A model generated the notes under the pieces. That model saw only the letters and a list, made by a program, of their open reading frames with translations. It did not search any database and was not told where the DNA came from. Of a stretch of DNA of 64,000 nucleotides, positions 1-10,700 are shown in pieces (position 1 is the stretch's first letter; the number at the start of each line of letters is the position of its first letter). The position numbers were made by a program, and so were the translations under genes. The stretch covers positions 434,001-498,000 of the forward strand of contig NW_027191456.1 of the NCBI RefSeq assembly GCF_011745625.1, in the 5' to 3' direction. The stretch comes from Cladosporium halotolerans (taxonomy: Eukaryota).

Positions 1-3000
1 CCATAATAGAGGCGCGGCGGTCGGAGGGGAAGGATGGCTCGGGCGGCGACTCGCGCGTGTTGAGGCGCCAGGTGAGGAGGGGGTCGTGGACGAAAGCCTC
101 GAGGACGGCCATGAGAGACTCCTTGTTCGCGCGCAAGAGACGCATGACGTGCTCGCATGTTGTCCTGAAGCTGCCTTCGATGTTGCTAACCTCCATGGCG
201 AATGTGAGCATTCTTGTAAGACGGAAGGGCACCCTCTCCGGGTACTTCTCGCGATGCATGGCCACTTCGAAACAGTCGCCGAAATCGATGTGCACGATCT
301 TGCCGGTGACGCGGTCCAGCATGAGGTTGGAAGGATGTCTGTCGCCCAGTCCGAGGATGTATCCGACCATAGACATGACTGCCAACGAGCGCGTGTAATT
401 AGTACGTCTGTCAAGCCAGGCTTCAGAACTCTTGCTCTTTAGCCAGAGCACACGGTATAAGTCCTGGCCTGTAGTGTTGTCCAGAGCATAGCCGAACACT
501 TCGACCTTCTGCATTAGCGTGAGATTATCGTAGTCGGGCGCCATCTGCAGCATGATTCTGTGTTCGATATTGAGCAAGATCTTGCGGCTCTCACGGTACT
601 CGCGAATAAGCACGTGAAGGGTATCACTGTTCGGCACCCAGCCAAGCAGACCGGACGATGTCGATAGCGGCACTGCAGCGTAGCGCTGGATGTTGAGATG
701 ACGTTTGAGACACTCCGGTTCTGTTGCAAGCAGAGTGTTCACCAGACCGAACAGCTGCATGACACGCTCGTCTTGACGAATGTCTTCGTGTCCCTTTAGA
801 ACGAAGTCGTATGAATTGCCGTCGCTGCCCAGCATTGAGAGCTTGCGAGGACGCTGCTTCGACGAAATGACCGATGCGAGGGGGCTGAAAGACTTGATGC
901 TGATGATTGACTTGCCGCTCTGATAGGTACCGGGCACAGCAAGATCAAGGTCGTGGGCATTCTTGAGTTCAGGCGACACGTATTGGAGCTCGAGGCTCAT
1001 GAGCTGCGGCAGTTGCCTAGCGATACGCTTGAAAACGCCGTAGTAAAGATCCCAAGCCTCACCAAAAGAGTCAGTGTCATCACCGCGTTGCACATAATCG
1101 TTTGCTATTCTCACCTGGTTGAGGTCACCGATCTCACGCGTCGTCTTGTACGCTTCACACCAGTCCTTCGCCTCCGCCAAATCCCTTCCAAAGCTCTGTA
1201 TGAAGCTGATCTCACGCAGAGTCTCTGGGCCGTTGCGGAGCATTTCGTGCAAAGGCTCCAACGTCGCCAACATGCCTTCAATATTGTGGTCTCCGAAGTA
1301 CAGGCGAGACGCCTCCTCAAGACCCTCGTGCCATTGTTCGTGCCACAACACTGCAATGCGGATGAGTTCTTGACTAACCAGACCTGCCTGCTCGACCAGA
1401 TTCGGACTGTGCTGGCGCATTGCCTCCATGATTCTTGCAGCGGAGCGTGATCGAGTGCCCAGATCCGACTTCATTGATACAGTGAGCGGGTAGACAAGGG
1501 CCTGAGGATGCGCGCGACCGACGTCAACAAGGAGATTGTGAATTGCCTCGCGCACCAATCTGTTCGGCTGGTTGATGCGCGCGATAAGCTGAGGCATGAC
1601 TTCGAGCCACGTGTCTACGCTGACCGAGGAAATGCCTTGCTGCACATTGTGTGTGACTTCCTGGTGCGCTCCGTGAGCGAACCACAATGTGAGCAGTCTC
1701 AAGGTGTCTTGCAGGGAGCTCATGGAGGATAGAGCGATTGACTTGAAGAAACCCTTGATTGCCGGCACGACGTGATCAGCGACAATGAAGTTCGGAACGT
1801 CAGTGGCTTGATTCGAGGTGAGAGCAGTGACGACTTCGAAGTTGGCAAGTGCCCATGAGTGCCAGGCCTTGTACCACTCTTGGTTGTACTGTGTCGCCTG
1901 ATAGTATGAGGTCAGGACGTCTTGCACGTGGTCTGCCTGCCAATCGCTATCGTGCAGCTTTGTCTGCCAGTCACCCTGTTTGAGATAGCAGCGAGCGAGC
2001 AGCATCTTCCATTCGTCGAGCTCTGCCTTTTCTTTTTGCGTTACAGGAGGGATGGTCGAGCCGAAAGGCGCATGAACTCCGTTAAGCCCGTTCACTCCGT
2101 TGATACCGTTGGTCATTGCGAGAGTACCGTTCGCGACTCCCGCGGATACTGAGGCGTTGCGCTCCTGGAAGTGACCCCTTAAGCGAATAGTGAAGTCGCG
2201 AAGAGCGCTGAGTGCCCCATCGCGGAAGCCATTGCTCCAGAGGAACTTGTAGACCGCGTACTGCACAGAGTATGGCGCATCGTGGACCTTTGCCAAACTT
2301 TGCGGCGAAGTGATGCTTCCAGTAGTCCCCAGCAGAGAATTGAGACTCTTCTCCGCGAGGCCAGCACGCTGCGCTTTCCGACAGATCGATGCAAACTTGA
2401 TGTACATCTCTGTGTTCTCCTGCGGCGTGATGACCAGTGCACGAACCTTGAGCATGCGGCCCCACACCTCGACATTGCGCTGACAGCCCTTCAAACGCTT
2501 CGTCCAAGTCAAACGCATGCGCTCTTGGCGCTCGGGGTCGTTGACATGCTGCTTGTAGGCGACGATCTCCTCAAGCTCGGCAAGCATCTGCACACGGACA
2601 ATGATACCGTAAGCGCGGGTATAGCTCTCGCCGAGCAATGCACTGAGCTCTTGATCCAAGCCATCGCGGGCCTTCGTAATATGCCGATGAGCTTCGTCGA
2701 ACTGATTGCGGTGGATGCTAAGAATAGCGCCGAAGAATGATCGATCAGGCGAGTGGGGCTTCATGACGCTCAGGTAGCCGTCCATGAGTTCCCATTGACC
2801 CATTCCCCATGCTGCTGCCGCTGCAAGGGGAGCGAGGTGCTTCTTGTGGTCGACTCCGGCGCTCATCCATCTCTCCTGTGCGATTTGAGATAGGGTGTCC
2901 CATTCACCCAAAGCGTGCAGGCAGCGCATTTTGCCCATGATCACTTCGAAGCCAACGTTCTCGCCTTCTTCTCTTTCGCGCTTCTGATAGGCCACAAGTG

Positions 3001-6000
3001 CTTCCTCCCATCGTTGCAGCTTCTCGAACCAGGTCTCCTTAAGATCAACGTCGTTGTATCCTTGGGCTTTGCGCAAGATACCAAACGCAGCGTCTGTCTG
3101 TTGAAGCTGGTTGTTGATGCTGATCAGCGCCTCAACAGCGAATGCGTTCTGCTCTGCGTTGAACTCCAGTTCTTTATAGTGAAGTGCCTTTGCGAAAGCG
3201 TGGCACTTGAAAGCGCACATTCCGAGCACGCGAACGTCGATCGGAAGCGCTTTGTCGTCGTGTTCCATGAACTCCGCCAAGTTGAGCAAGACCTGAAGAA
3301 TCTCTGGAGGAATGGTGGTCGAGGTAATGGCAGTCTCGATAGCATGGACGAGCTCTTCTTGGTATTGGTCGTACAGCTCGGTCCAGCATGAAACAAAAGC
3401 CGAGTTGAACAGGCTCTTCGCCAGCGGCGGATAAACAGTGGCAAGAGATGTGCAAGCTCGAAGCGCCTGCTGAGGGCTTTCCTTGAGCAGCTCAACAGAG
3501 AAACGACGCATCCATTCGTGCCAATCCTCACGTGTGGACTTCTGGCTTGCCTCCCAGGCATTTTTGAGATGCTGCTGGTTCACAGCGAGCTTCTTGGTGG
3601 CGATTTCCGTTGCGCTCATATCGTCGTCCTCATCTTGGTAGCGCTCGTCTGGGCTCAGATCCTGCGGGAGCGGCTCGCCCTTCTTCAGTTTGTTGACAAT
3701 GAGCGTATAATTGGTGTGCGGGACCTTGGTCGCGCCAGTGGCAAGCACCTTGTCGATCATGGGCACGAAATGTAAGAAGTCCGGACCCAGCTGGAAGACC
3801 AGAGCGCAAAGAGTTTCGAGTGCGGCACGCTGCAGTACCTCGTCTCTGCCACCCAAAACTCTGGAAAGCGGATGAATGATCTTGGCGGCAAATTCGGAGA
3901 TGTTTACTTGTCTGCTCAATCGACCAATAGTTTCGATGGCGGCTTTGCGTACATCCCGTGGACGTGAGCGGTCTGTATCGAACATGCGTACAATGACTGG
4001 AACAATGAGGTGCATGTACTCCTCAGCACTCGAGCCAAACACCAGGAACGCATGGAGCACCTTCTGGCACGCGGAGCGTCCAGCCTCGGTGCGCGCATCA
4101 GCATCCAGCACTCCCAGCATGAGAGGTAGCACAGATGCAAGGTAGATCTTGAACTCGCCCTCTAAGCTCTTCGCGATGGACTCAATCAAGAGGAGGATGG
4201 TGGCTTGAAGCTGAATGCTGCGGTACCAATGCTCCGAGATGGCTTCGATTATGACAGGCAGGTGCGGCCTGATGTGTTGTCGCACAATCTTCACCAGCTG
4301 CGTAAGCTGGCTAAAGTAGCCTTCCAACCGTTGAGGATCTGACTGCGCGTCCCGGAAGATGCTGACAATTCCAGGAACGACAGTGTTGAGGAACGGCACG
4401 CACTTCATGCCCATAGTGGCATAAATGCTCATGACGGCTTCGACAACGGCAGAGTGGTGCTGCTTGAGAGTGCTGTCCTTCAACATGGACATGAGCGTGT
4501 TGATCACCACTGTGGGGTAATATTCCTCGTTGCTAGGTGTAATGCCCTTCATGATAAGAGTGACATCAGACTCTGACTCGGCTTCTGCGCGTAGATTTGA
4601 TTCCGGCGATTCCTCGATGACCTGCTGGTGCTTGTATGGATCAAGGGCACCAAGGATACCCATCAGTCGGATCGTTTCGCGGCGGAGGTCTCCAGGCTGC
4701 TCTGTCCTGACGATGTTGACCAGTATCGTCAGCAATTCGGGATGCTCCACATATGGGTCAATCACGTAGCCGCTGTTGCTTGCAAGTTGTCCCAAAGTGC
4801 ACAGAGCTGCTTCTCTCTTCTTTGGAGATGCGAGGTCCTGCAAGCTCGCAATGATGATGCGCATGAGCTCAGGAATATATCGTGCCATCTCGTCGCCACC
4901 AACGGTAGCAAGGTCGCCCAAAGCTTTGAGCGTTGTTGCCGCCACATCCGCGTTGGCGTCTTTGGCCTTGGGCAAGAGCACGGCAACCATCGGATCGACG
5001 TATGGCTTGATGAGTTTGCTGCTGGCACCCACGAGATGACTGATGAGTTGAGCGGATTCACGCTTGTTGTTTGCGTTATTCGAGTACTCAATTTCGGTCA
5101 AGAGCTGAATGAGCACCTTCCTCAGTGAAGGGAAGACATAAGCCGGGTTCACAGCGGTCAAGCGGCCAATGATGGTCATGGCAGCTTCACGGGTTGGGAA
5201 CTTCTCGTCGTGTAGTGCAAGGAACAGAGTGCGCACATTCTCAGCTTTGGCAAGATGGCGGTCGAAACGCGCGTCCAAGGACACGAGCACTGTCTGTCGG
5301 ATTTCCGACTGAGGGTCTGCAACTCCCACAGTCAAGAGCTTCTCAATAACGTCGCTCACGACCTGAATGGCATGATGACTAGTCTGATGGACGATCGGGT
5401 CTCGGACAAACAGCTGGCAGCAAGTAAGTGCCGCGGCCTTGCGGATGATTGGGTCATCATCTTCGACATAACGGATGGCAACATCCCGAACGAACTCATT
5501 GAGTACGTGGCCTGAGAAGTCGAAAGAGCCGAGGGTGTGCAGAGCAAGCGCAATCTCTTGGTCTTTGTGCTCAAGATGCTGAGGGTCACGCTGGTCGCGT
5601 ACGTCTTTGGTGTAGATTGGCGGCAGACCCTTGCCATGAGTGGGATGGCCAAGGGTCTGGAATGGCTGGCCGCAGAGAGTCTTGCTAAGAAGATCGAGTA
5701 GCTTTTCTTGGATCGTTGGCTTGACCGGTGGGATATAGTGTGCCATGTCAACCAGCGCCTGGGTAAGAGCGTCTGATAGTCCGCAAGCGAAGATTGGGTC
5801 CAAAAGAGCTTCCATGTACTTGCTCAAGGTCTGTCCAACCGCGATGGAGATCATGCTGATACACTCGAATATGGGCGCTTCGTCTCCAGACATCTTACTC
5901 CGGTTCTTGACGCTGAGCGCATCGCGTACGTGCAGCAAAATGGTGTCGAGGTAAGGCGCGATCTGCGACCCAACAGCGTGCGCGATCTTACCAATCGCAA

Positions 6001-6982
6001 CAAAGGCCATGTTCCTTTGCTTCGGATCGCGGAGAAGTGTCTGAAGGTGCTGCATCGACCGAGCCAGGTAATTGTGACAAAACTCCTTCGGTGCATATCC
6101 CGCGAGGATCGGGATGATTTCGACCACAGTCCGTCTGATTGTTCCATCCTTATGCTCGCGGTACCCTTGCTGGAGCACGCGCTCGCACACCTCCTTGTAC
6201 CGGTTGTGCATGAACATGCCGCCTTGCACCAGCAGCTCGCGATACACCAGCAGAGAACCATGGATGCACTCTACCGTGGCGCGCCTGAAACCACTCTGCG
6301 CCTCATTGTACATCTGCAGCAGACAACTCTGCCTATCTTGCTGATCTCTTGCAGACAGCGCTTTGAAGCACTGAGCGACGGTCTCCGCCGCCGTCTCTCG
6401 GATCACGACCTTAGGATCCCTCAGCGCCTCCCAGATCGCGGCCAGAATGACTTGGATGTGTTGGCGAATCAGGGTTGAGCTGTTCTTTGCCAGCTCCCTA
6501 AGCACCAGCACGGCCGCAAAACGCCTGTTCTCGTTCCTCTCCGAAGTCAACCACTCCATCGCCTGCCGCACCTGCGCCTCCACCAGCTCGGTGCTGTACG
6601 CGGCTCCCGGAGTCGCGAGCCGACCCAGGCACTTCGCGGCTACGATCATCGCGCTCGTATCATTGCCCTCCAACGTCCTCTTAATGTAGTTGTGAAACTT
6701 GGTGACCTTGTTGGTCGCATCGTCGCCGCGGAATCCGATGAGGCCATTCAGCAAATACAGGCCTCCAGTTCGTTCGTGAGTGTCGTTTCCCTGCAGGATG
6801 AGCACGCTCATGCGGTTCGTAAGATCCGTGTAATAGCGGTTGAACTCGGTGGGTGTGAGCTCGCGGAAGGCTGCGGTGGCCTGGTCGGCCAGCCTCGCGG
6901 CGGCGGCATTCTGGCGCGTGGAGTCGCGCGCCTTGAGGTCGGCGAAAAAGGCATCGAGGTTGTCGCGGTAGACCTGCGCCAT
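1..6982 (-). CDS. TOR: TOR (target of rapamycin) PIKK-family Ser/Thr kinase, 3'-partial (runs off window)
   Basis: Manual translation from ATG 6982 (MAQVYRDNLDAFF...) gives HEAT-like N-terminus (RRFAAVLVLRELA), FAT region (WYKAWHSWALANFEV), FRB (VAVLWHEQWHEGLEEASRLYF...DLNQ/AWDLYY) and kinase region ending FVHDPLLTWRL. Frame is consistent from 6982 to position 2. One 57-nt intron at 1058-1114. Absent from the ORF track because there is no stop in the window. Confidence 0.97.
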   Translation of the reverse strand, partial: MAQVYRDNLDAFFADLKARDSTRQNAAAARLADQATAAFRELTPTEFNRYYTDLTNRMSVLILQGNDTHERTGGLYLLNGLIGFRGDDATNKVTKFHNYIKRTLEGNDTSAMIVAAKCLGRLATPGAAYSTELVEAQVRQAMEWLTSERNENRRFAAVLVLRELAKNSSTLIRQHIQVILAAIWEALRDPKVVIRETAAETVAQCFKALSARDQQDRQSCLLQMYNEAQSGFRRATVECIHGSLLVYRELLVQGGMFMHNRYKEVCERVLQQGYREHKDGTIRRTVVEIIPILAGYAPKEFCHNYLARSMQHLQTLLRDPKQRNMAFVAIGKIAHAVGSQIAPYLDTILLHVRDALSVKNRSKMSGDEAPIFECISMISIAVGQTLSKYMEALLDPIFACGLSDALTQALVDMAHYIPPVKPTIQEKLLDLLSKTLCGQPFQTLGHPTHGKGLPPIYTKDVRDQRDPQHLEHKDQEIALALHTLGSFDFSGHVLNEFVRDVAIRYVEDDDPIIRKAAALTCCQLFVRDPIVHQTSHHAIQVVSDVIEKLLTVGVADPQSEIRQTVLVSLDARFDRHLAKAENVRTLFLALHDEKFPTREAAMTIIGRLTAVNPAYVFPSLRKVLIQLLTEIEYSNNANNKRESAQLISHLVGASSKLIKPYVDPMVAVLLPKAKDANADVAATTLKALGDLATVGGDEMARYIPELMRIIIASLQDLASPKKREAALCTLGQLASNSGYVIDPYVEHPELLTILVNIVRTEQPGDLRRETIRLMGILGALDPYKHQQVIEESPESNLRAEAESESDVTLIMKGITPSNEEYYPTVVINTLMSMLKDSTLKQHHSAVVEAVMSIYATMGMKCVPFLNTVVPGIVSIFRDAQSDPQRLEGYFSQLTQLVKIVRQHIRPHLPVIIEAISEHWYRSIQLQATILLLIESIAKSLEGEFKIYLASVLPLMLGVLDADARTEAGRSACQKVLHAFLVFGSSAEEYMHLIVPVIVRMFDTDRSRPRDVRKAAIETIGRLSRQVNISEFAAKIIHPLSRVLGGRDEVLQRAALETLCALVFQLGPDFLHFVPMIDKVLATGATKVPHTNYTLIVNKLKKGEPLPQDLSPDERYQDEDDDMSATEIATKKLAVNQQHLKNAWEASQKSTREDWHEWMRRFSVELLKESPQQALRACTSLATVYPPLAKSLFNSAFVSCWTELYDQYQEELVHAIETAITSTTIPPEILQVLLNLAEFMEHDDKALPIDVRVLGMCAFKCHAFAKALHYKELEFNAEQNAFAVEALISINNQLQQTDAAFGILRKAQGYNDVDLKETWFEKLQRWEEALVAYQKREREEGENVGFEVIMGKMRCLHALGEWDTLSQIAQERWMSAGVDHKKHLAPLAAAAAWGMGQWELMDGYLSVMKPHSPDRSFFGAILSIHRNQFDEAHRHITKARDGLDQELSALLGESYTRAYGIIVRVQMLAELEEIVAYKQHVNDPERQERMRLTWTKRLKGCQRNVEVWGRMLKVRALVITPQENTEMYIKFASICRKAQRAGLAEKSLNSLLGTTGSITSPQSLAKVHDAPYSVQYAVYKFLWSNGFRDGALSALRDFTIRLRGHFQERNASVSAGVANGTLAMTNGINGVNGLNGVHAPFGSTIPPVTQKEKAELDEWKMLLARCYLKQGDWQTKLHDSDWQADHVQDVLTSYYQATQYNQEWYKAWHSWALANFEVVTALTSNQATDVPNFIVADHVVPAIKGFFKSIALSSMSSLQDTLRLLTLWFAHGAHQEVTHNVQQGISSVSVDTWLEVMPQLIARINQPNRLVREAIHNLLVDVGRAHPQALVYPLTVSMKSDLGTRSRSAARIMEAMRQHSPNLVEQAGLVSQELIRIAVLWHEQWHEGLEEASRLYFGDHNIEGMLATLEPLHEMLRNGPETLREISFIQSFGRDLAEAKDWCEAYKTTREIGDLNQVRIANDYVQRGDDTDSFGEAWDLYYGVFKRIARQLPQLMSLELQYVSPELKNAHDLDLAVPGTYQSGKSIISIKSFSPLASVISSKQRPRKLSMLGSDGNSYDFVLKGHEDIRQDERVMQLFGLVNTLLATEPECLKRHLNIQRYAAVPLSTSSGLLGWVPNSDTLHVLIREYRESRKILLNIEHRIMLQMAPDYDNLTLMQKVEVFGYALDNTTGQDLYRVLWLKSKSSEAWLDRRTNYTRSLAVMSMVGYILGLGDRHPSNLMLDRVTGKIVHIDFGDCFEVAMHREKYPERVPFRLTRMLTFAMEVSNIEGSFRTTCEHVMRLLRANKESLMAVLEAFVHDPLLTWRLNTRESPPEPSFPSDRRASIM
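1058..1114 (-). other. 57-nt spliceosomal intron within TOR FRB domain (in-frame, no stop, GAG acceptor)
   Basis: CAG|GTGAGA donor, CTGAC branch motif, ends TTTTGGTGAG|GCTTGG. Removal restores the conserved DLNQ-AWDLYY. Confidence 0.88.
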
Positions 6983-7775
6983 GGCGGACGGTTGTGAGGG
7001 GGCCCTGGTCGCCTCGGTCTCGTGAAGAGCTGCAGTTGTTGTTCGTTGTGTGTTATGTGTTCCGCCTTACTCGCGCATGAAGTCCTCAGGCTCCTCGTCC
7101 ATTCTCCCAAGCGCCTTCGATATGCTGCAGAAGCTCGAGGCAGAGGGACAGGAGGTGTTGACGCGAGTGGTTGGCGATCGTTCTGCACTGTCTGCGACCC
7201 GGCGTGGAGGCGTCTGGGGGAGAGGTCAGCGGTCGCGGGGCGTCTTCCGCGCTGTGCTTTCCCGGCCAACCTGACCAGCGTTGATCTTCACTTGATGATG
7301 ACAGGGCGTACCAAATCAAACCAGCTCAATGCGTCAGTTTTTCAACATTTGATCTGATCTACTGTGCGAATCAGTTACAGCCAACTGCGAAAACGTGGAC
7401 TATGAGACATTTGACATGAGAAGGACGGGGTTCGAGCAGAGTTCATGCTTTCAATCAGTCCAAAGCTGACTTCGTTGCTGGGCTACCTATCTCACACGCG
7501 TATTGCCAAATCCCGCCGTCACGTTGCAGGAAAGCACTAAAAGCCCAGGGCATTCCCGCGACCAGAAGCATTGTTCAACTTAAAGCGTCAGTCTTTTCGA
7601 GGGTTGATGCGCCATAAATGAAACCGACTGCCCGTCCTCCAAAAAAACCAACGCCCGAATGGTAAACGAGTAGAGTTCATAGTACAAAGAGCAACAACGC
7701 GTGCTCGCTCTGGGTCCTTCCTCTCATCCATCCCCCCCAAAAGTAGAATGAAAGCCATTTTCTGGTGGCTTGAGC

Positions 7776-10700
7776 TTAGTGAGCACCGTAGCTCTGGCCC
7801 CAGCCGCCGCGGGAGCCATAGTTGCCATACTGGCCAAAGGCGCTGGCGCCATAAGCGCCATAACCGCCCTGACCTCCCATGCCGCCCTGCTGGCCGCCGA
7901 GGCCGCCGAGGCCGCCGTACTGGTTGCCCTGGCTGGGGAAACCGCCGTAGCCGCCAAAGGCGGACTGCTGCTGCTGTTGCTGCTGCTGAGGAGCGCTGGC
8001 CTGAGAAGAGCCAACGACACTGTTCGCAGCAGAGCCGGGACGGCCGGGCTGGCCAAGCGACGGCGAGGGACCGCTCTTCGAGTCGTTGAAGGGCTTCAGG
8101 GATTCGTCCTGAGCAGTTGCGGTCATGGCCGGCTGCTGAGCGTAGGTGCTCTGTCCGAAACCAGATGTGGTGCGAGCAAAGGGATCAGTCACACCGCCGA
8201 ACCCGCTGGTCTGGTTGAGAGAGCCAGTCTGTGCGGAGCTGCGGCCATAATCATCGAGACCGCCGCTTCCAAGGTTGGAGCCCATGCCGCTGGCACTGCG
8301 CATCGAGGCCTGCTGGTTCTGGCCAAAAGCACCAGCGTTTGCTGGAGAAGACGAGTGCTGATCATAAGCAGAGCCATAAGGAGCGCCGTACATGCCACCC
8401 TTCCCGCCGTAACCTCCGTACCCACTACCGGGCTGGCTGTATCCAAACTGATTCTGATAGGCCTGCTGGTACGGGCTGTTGTAGTAGGGGTGACCGTACG
8501 GGAATCCAGCATACTGGTGGTGGCTGGGAGCCTGGTGCATCGGATGCTGGGATTGGGGCGCCGGGATGCTCTGCTGCTGGGCAGCGCTGGCGATAGGGTT
8601 GGGAGTGTTGTGGCCGGAGCCGGGGGTTTCGCCGTAGCGGGACTGGGTCTGCTGGGATTTATTGTCAGATAAGGATGCTTGGGGATAAAAGGGGTTCACA
8701 TAGGATCGGCGGTTTGTCATGTCACCAATGTGTGGTGGACGCAATGCAGATGGTATGTAGTTAGAGCTCAGAGCATCGGCCGACGCTTCGATCTCGTTTT
8801 GAGCCCGTATCAGTGCATTGCGATGACGATGTTCACCATCCGTCTCATTTTGCTGTGATTGAGAATGAGAAAAGTTACCCACCTGCTGAGCCTGCGCACC
8901 GAAAGCCGAGTCGTTGGACGCGGCACCGAACCCGCTCGCGGAGCGCTGTTGAGAGAGGCCGGCATCCTGCTGGGCTTGGGCACGCATATCCTGGGGCGCG
9001 TACGCCGAAGTTCCGTAGTATCCACCGTAAGCGTTGCGCTGAGGGTCAGCAGTGTAGTACGAAGAGTAGTCGCTGGGCGCAGAAGAAAGGCCACCGAAAC
9101 CAGAATGGCTCGGCTGCTGCGGCTGGGTTCCAAAGCGGTCGTACTGAGCTTGGTGGCTGAACGGATCGTATGGCTTCTGCTGCTGGGCTGCGGCGTCTTG
9201 CTGCATACCAGCCTGGCCATAAGCCGCATACTGGTTGTAGTTCTGGCCGAGGTGAGTCGGCTCCTGAGGAAGACCCTGGCCGAGGACGGATTCCTGGGCC
9301 GGTGCCTGGTTCTGCGGCTGGTTCTGCTGAGACGCCGGGCCGAGGCCAGGAGCCTGCTTGGGAGTAGGGATGGCTTCAGGAGCAGAGGGCTCCTGCGCGG
9401 GCGCGGGCTGCCTGGGTGCGGCAGGGAGGGATGCCTTGGGCTGGGTGGGAGGAGAATGCTGCGGGGCCTGACGGGTCTCAGGCTCTTCGCGCTCTTCGTC
9501 AACGTCTGGACCAGGTTCGCCGTTAAGACCCATGCTTCCGAACTGAACGGCAGCACGGTCGACGGCATTGTGACCAGGCATGACAACTGTCTCTTGCTGC
9601 TCTTGAACTCTACGCTGGAAGCTGGCGCTCCTTCCTGTCGAGGTGGCAGCACGCTGGGCGCTGGTGGCAAAGCCGCCCACTGCAGGGCGGCCGATGGGGG
9701 CCTGCGGGGTTTGCTGGCCAGGGACCGGGGTAAGGTTTCTGGGATCGTTGGAGCCAATGGTGCTGGCGGCGGTCAAGGTGGAAGGAGGGTGAGAGTCATC
9801 GGGGAGGTGTTCAACGTTCTCCTGTGTGAGGGGCTCATGAGGAGTGGCGGGGGCGGCATCCTGAGCGGGCGCAGTTACACTCTGGGGTGTCTGGATTGCG
9901 GATTCCGGTGCAACAGGAGGGGTTTCGACGGCGGGAGCTGGCGCGACCGGCGCAGGAGCGGACTCGGCCGGCGCAGCTTCCTGAGCATGCTCATCGGGCT
10001 TCTCTACGGGCTCAGTGACAGTGGTTGTGGGCTCTGCAAGACGCACAGGGTGTTGCGGAGGTTTGGGAGCCTGCTTGGGGAGGGCCACAGGGGGCTTGGG
10101 TTGAGCAAACATGCTAGCCCAGCTCTTCTTGGGCGCAGGTTCGGCGGCGGCGGTGCTCTTCGGCGCTTCAGGTGCAGCCGCTGGGGTAGATTCCGTCGTG
10201 GCCACGTTGCTCCAAGCGTTTGAGGCAGCACCAGTGGTATCCTTCGCGGCCTCAGTCGGGGTGTTATCCCAAGCGTTCGTCGTCGTCTCGGATGTAGCGG
10301 CGGGGGTTTCCCAAGCCGAAGACTCAGTGGTCGGCACAGATGCAGTGTTGGCGTCCTTGGGCGCGCCATTGGTGGTCGCGTGGCCGCCTCTGCCACCTCT
10401 GAAGCCTCCGCGCGCGCGATCGGAACCACGGCCACCGCGGCCGCGAGAGCCCTCGATTCCACCTCTTCCACGCCCGCCGCGGGTTGCGAAAGCGGGCTTG
10501 TCTGAGGCACCAGCGGTAGAGAATCCATCTGCGGCCTTGGAGCGAGCTCTGTCCTTGGGCTTCTTCACTTCGGCGAACTGAGAGACGTTTCCTTCGGTGA
10601 TCAGATCAACAGTGCTGGGGAGATCGCCGGAGGCCTCGTCCAATGCAAAAACGAGATCGACGTCGGTCCAGTCGGGGAACATATCCTTGAGCATGCCAAG

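Noticed and set aside
57..6997. Many short ORFs on both strands in the first 7 kb
   Set aside because: They are shadows of the minus-strand TOR reading frame, which the ORF track omitted.
7420..7445. GGTTCGA T-loop-like motifs (also near 33603 and 34265)
   Set aside because: No cloverleaf stems around them, so they are not tRNAs.
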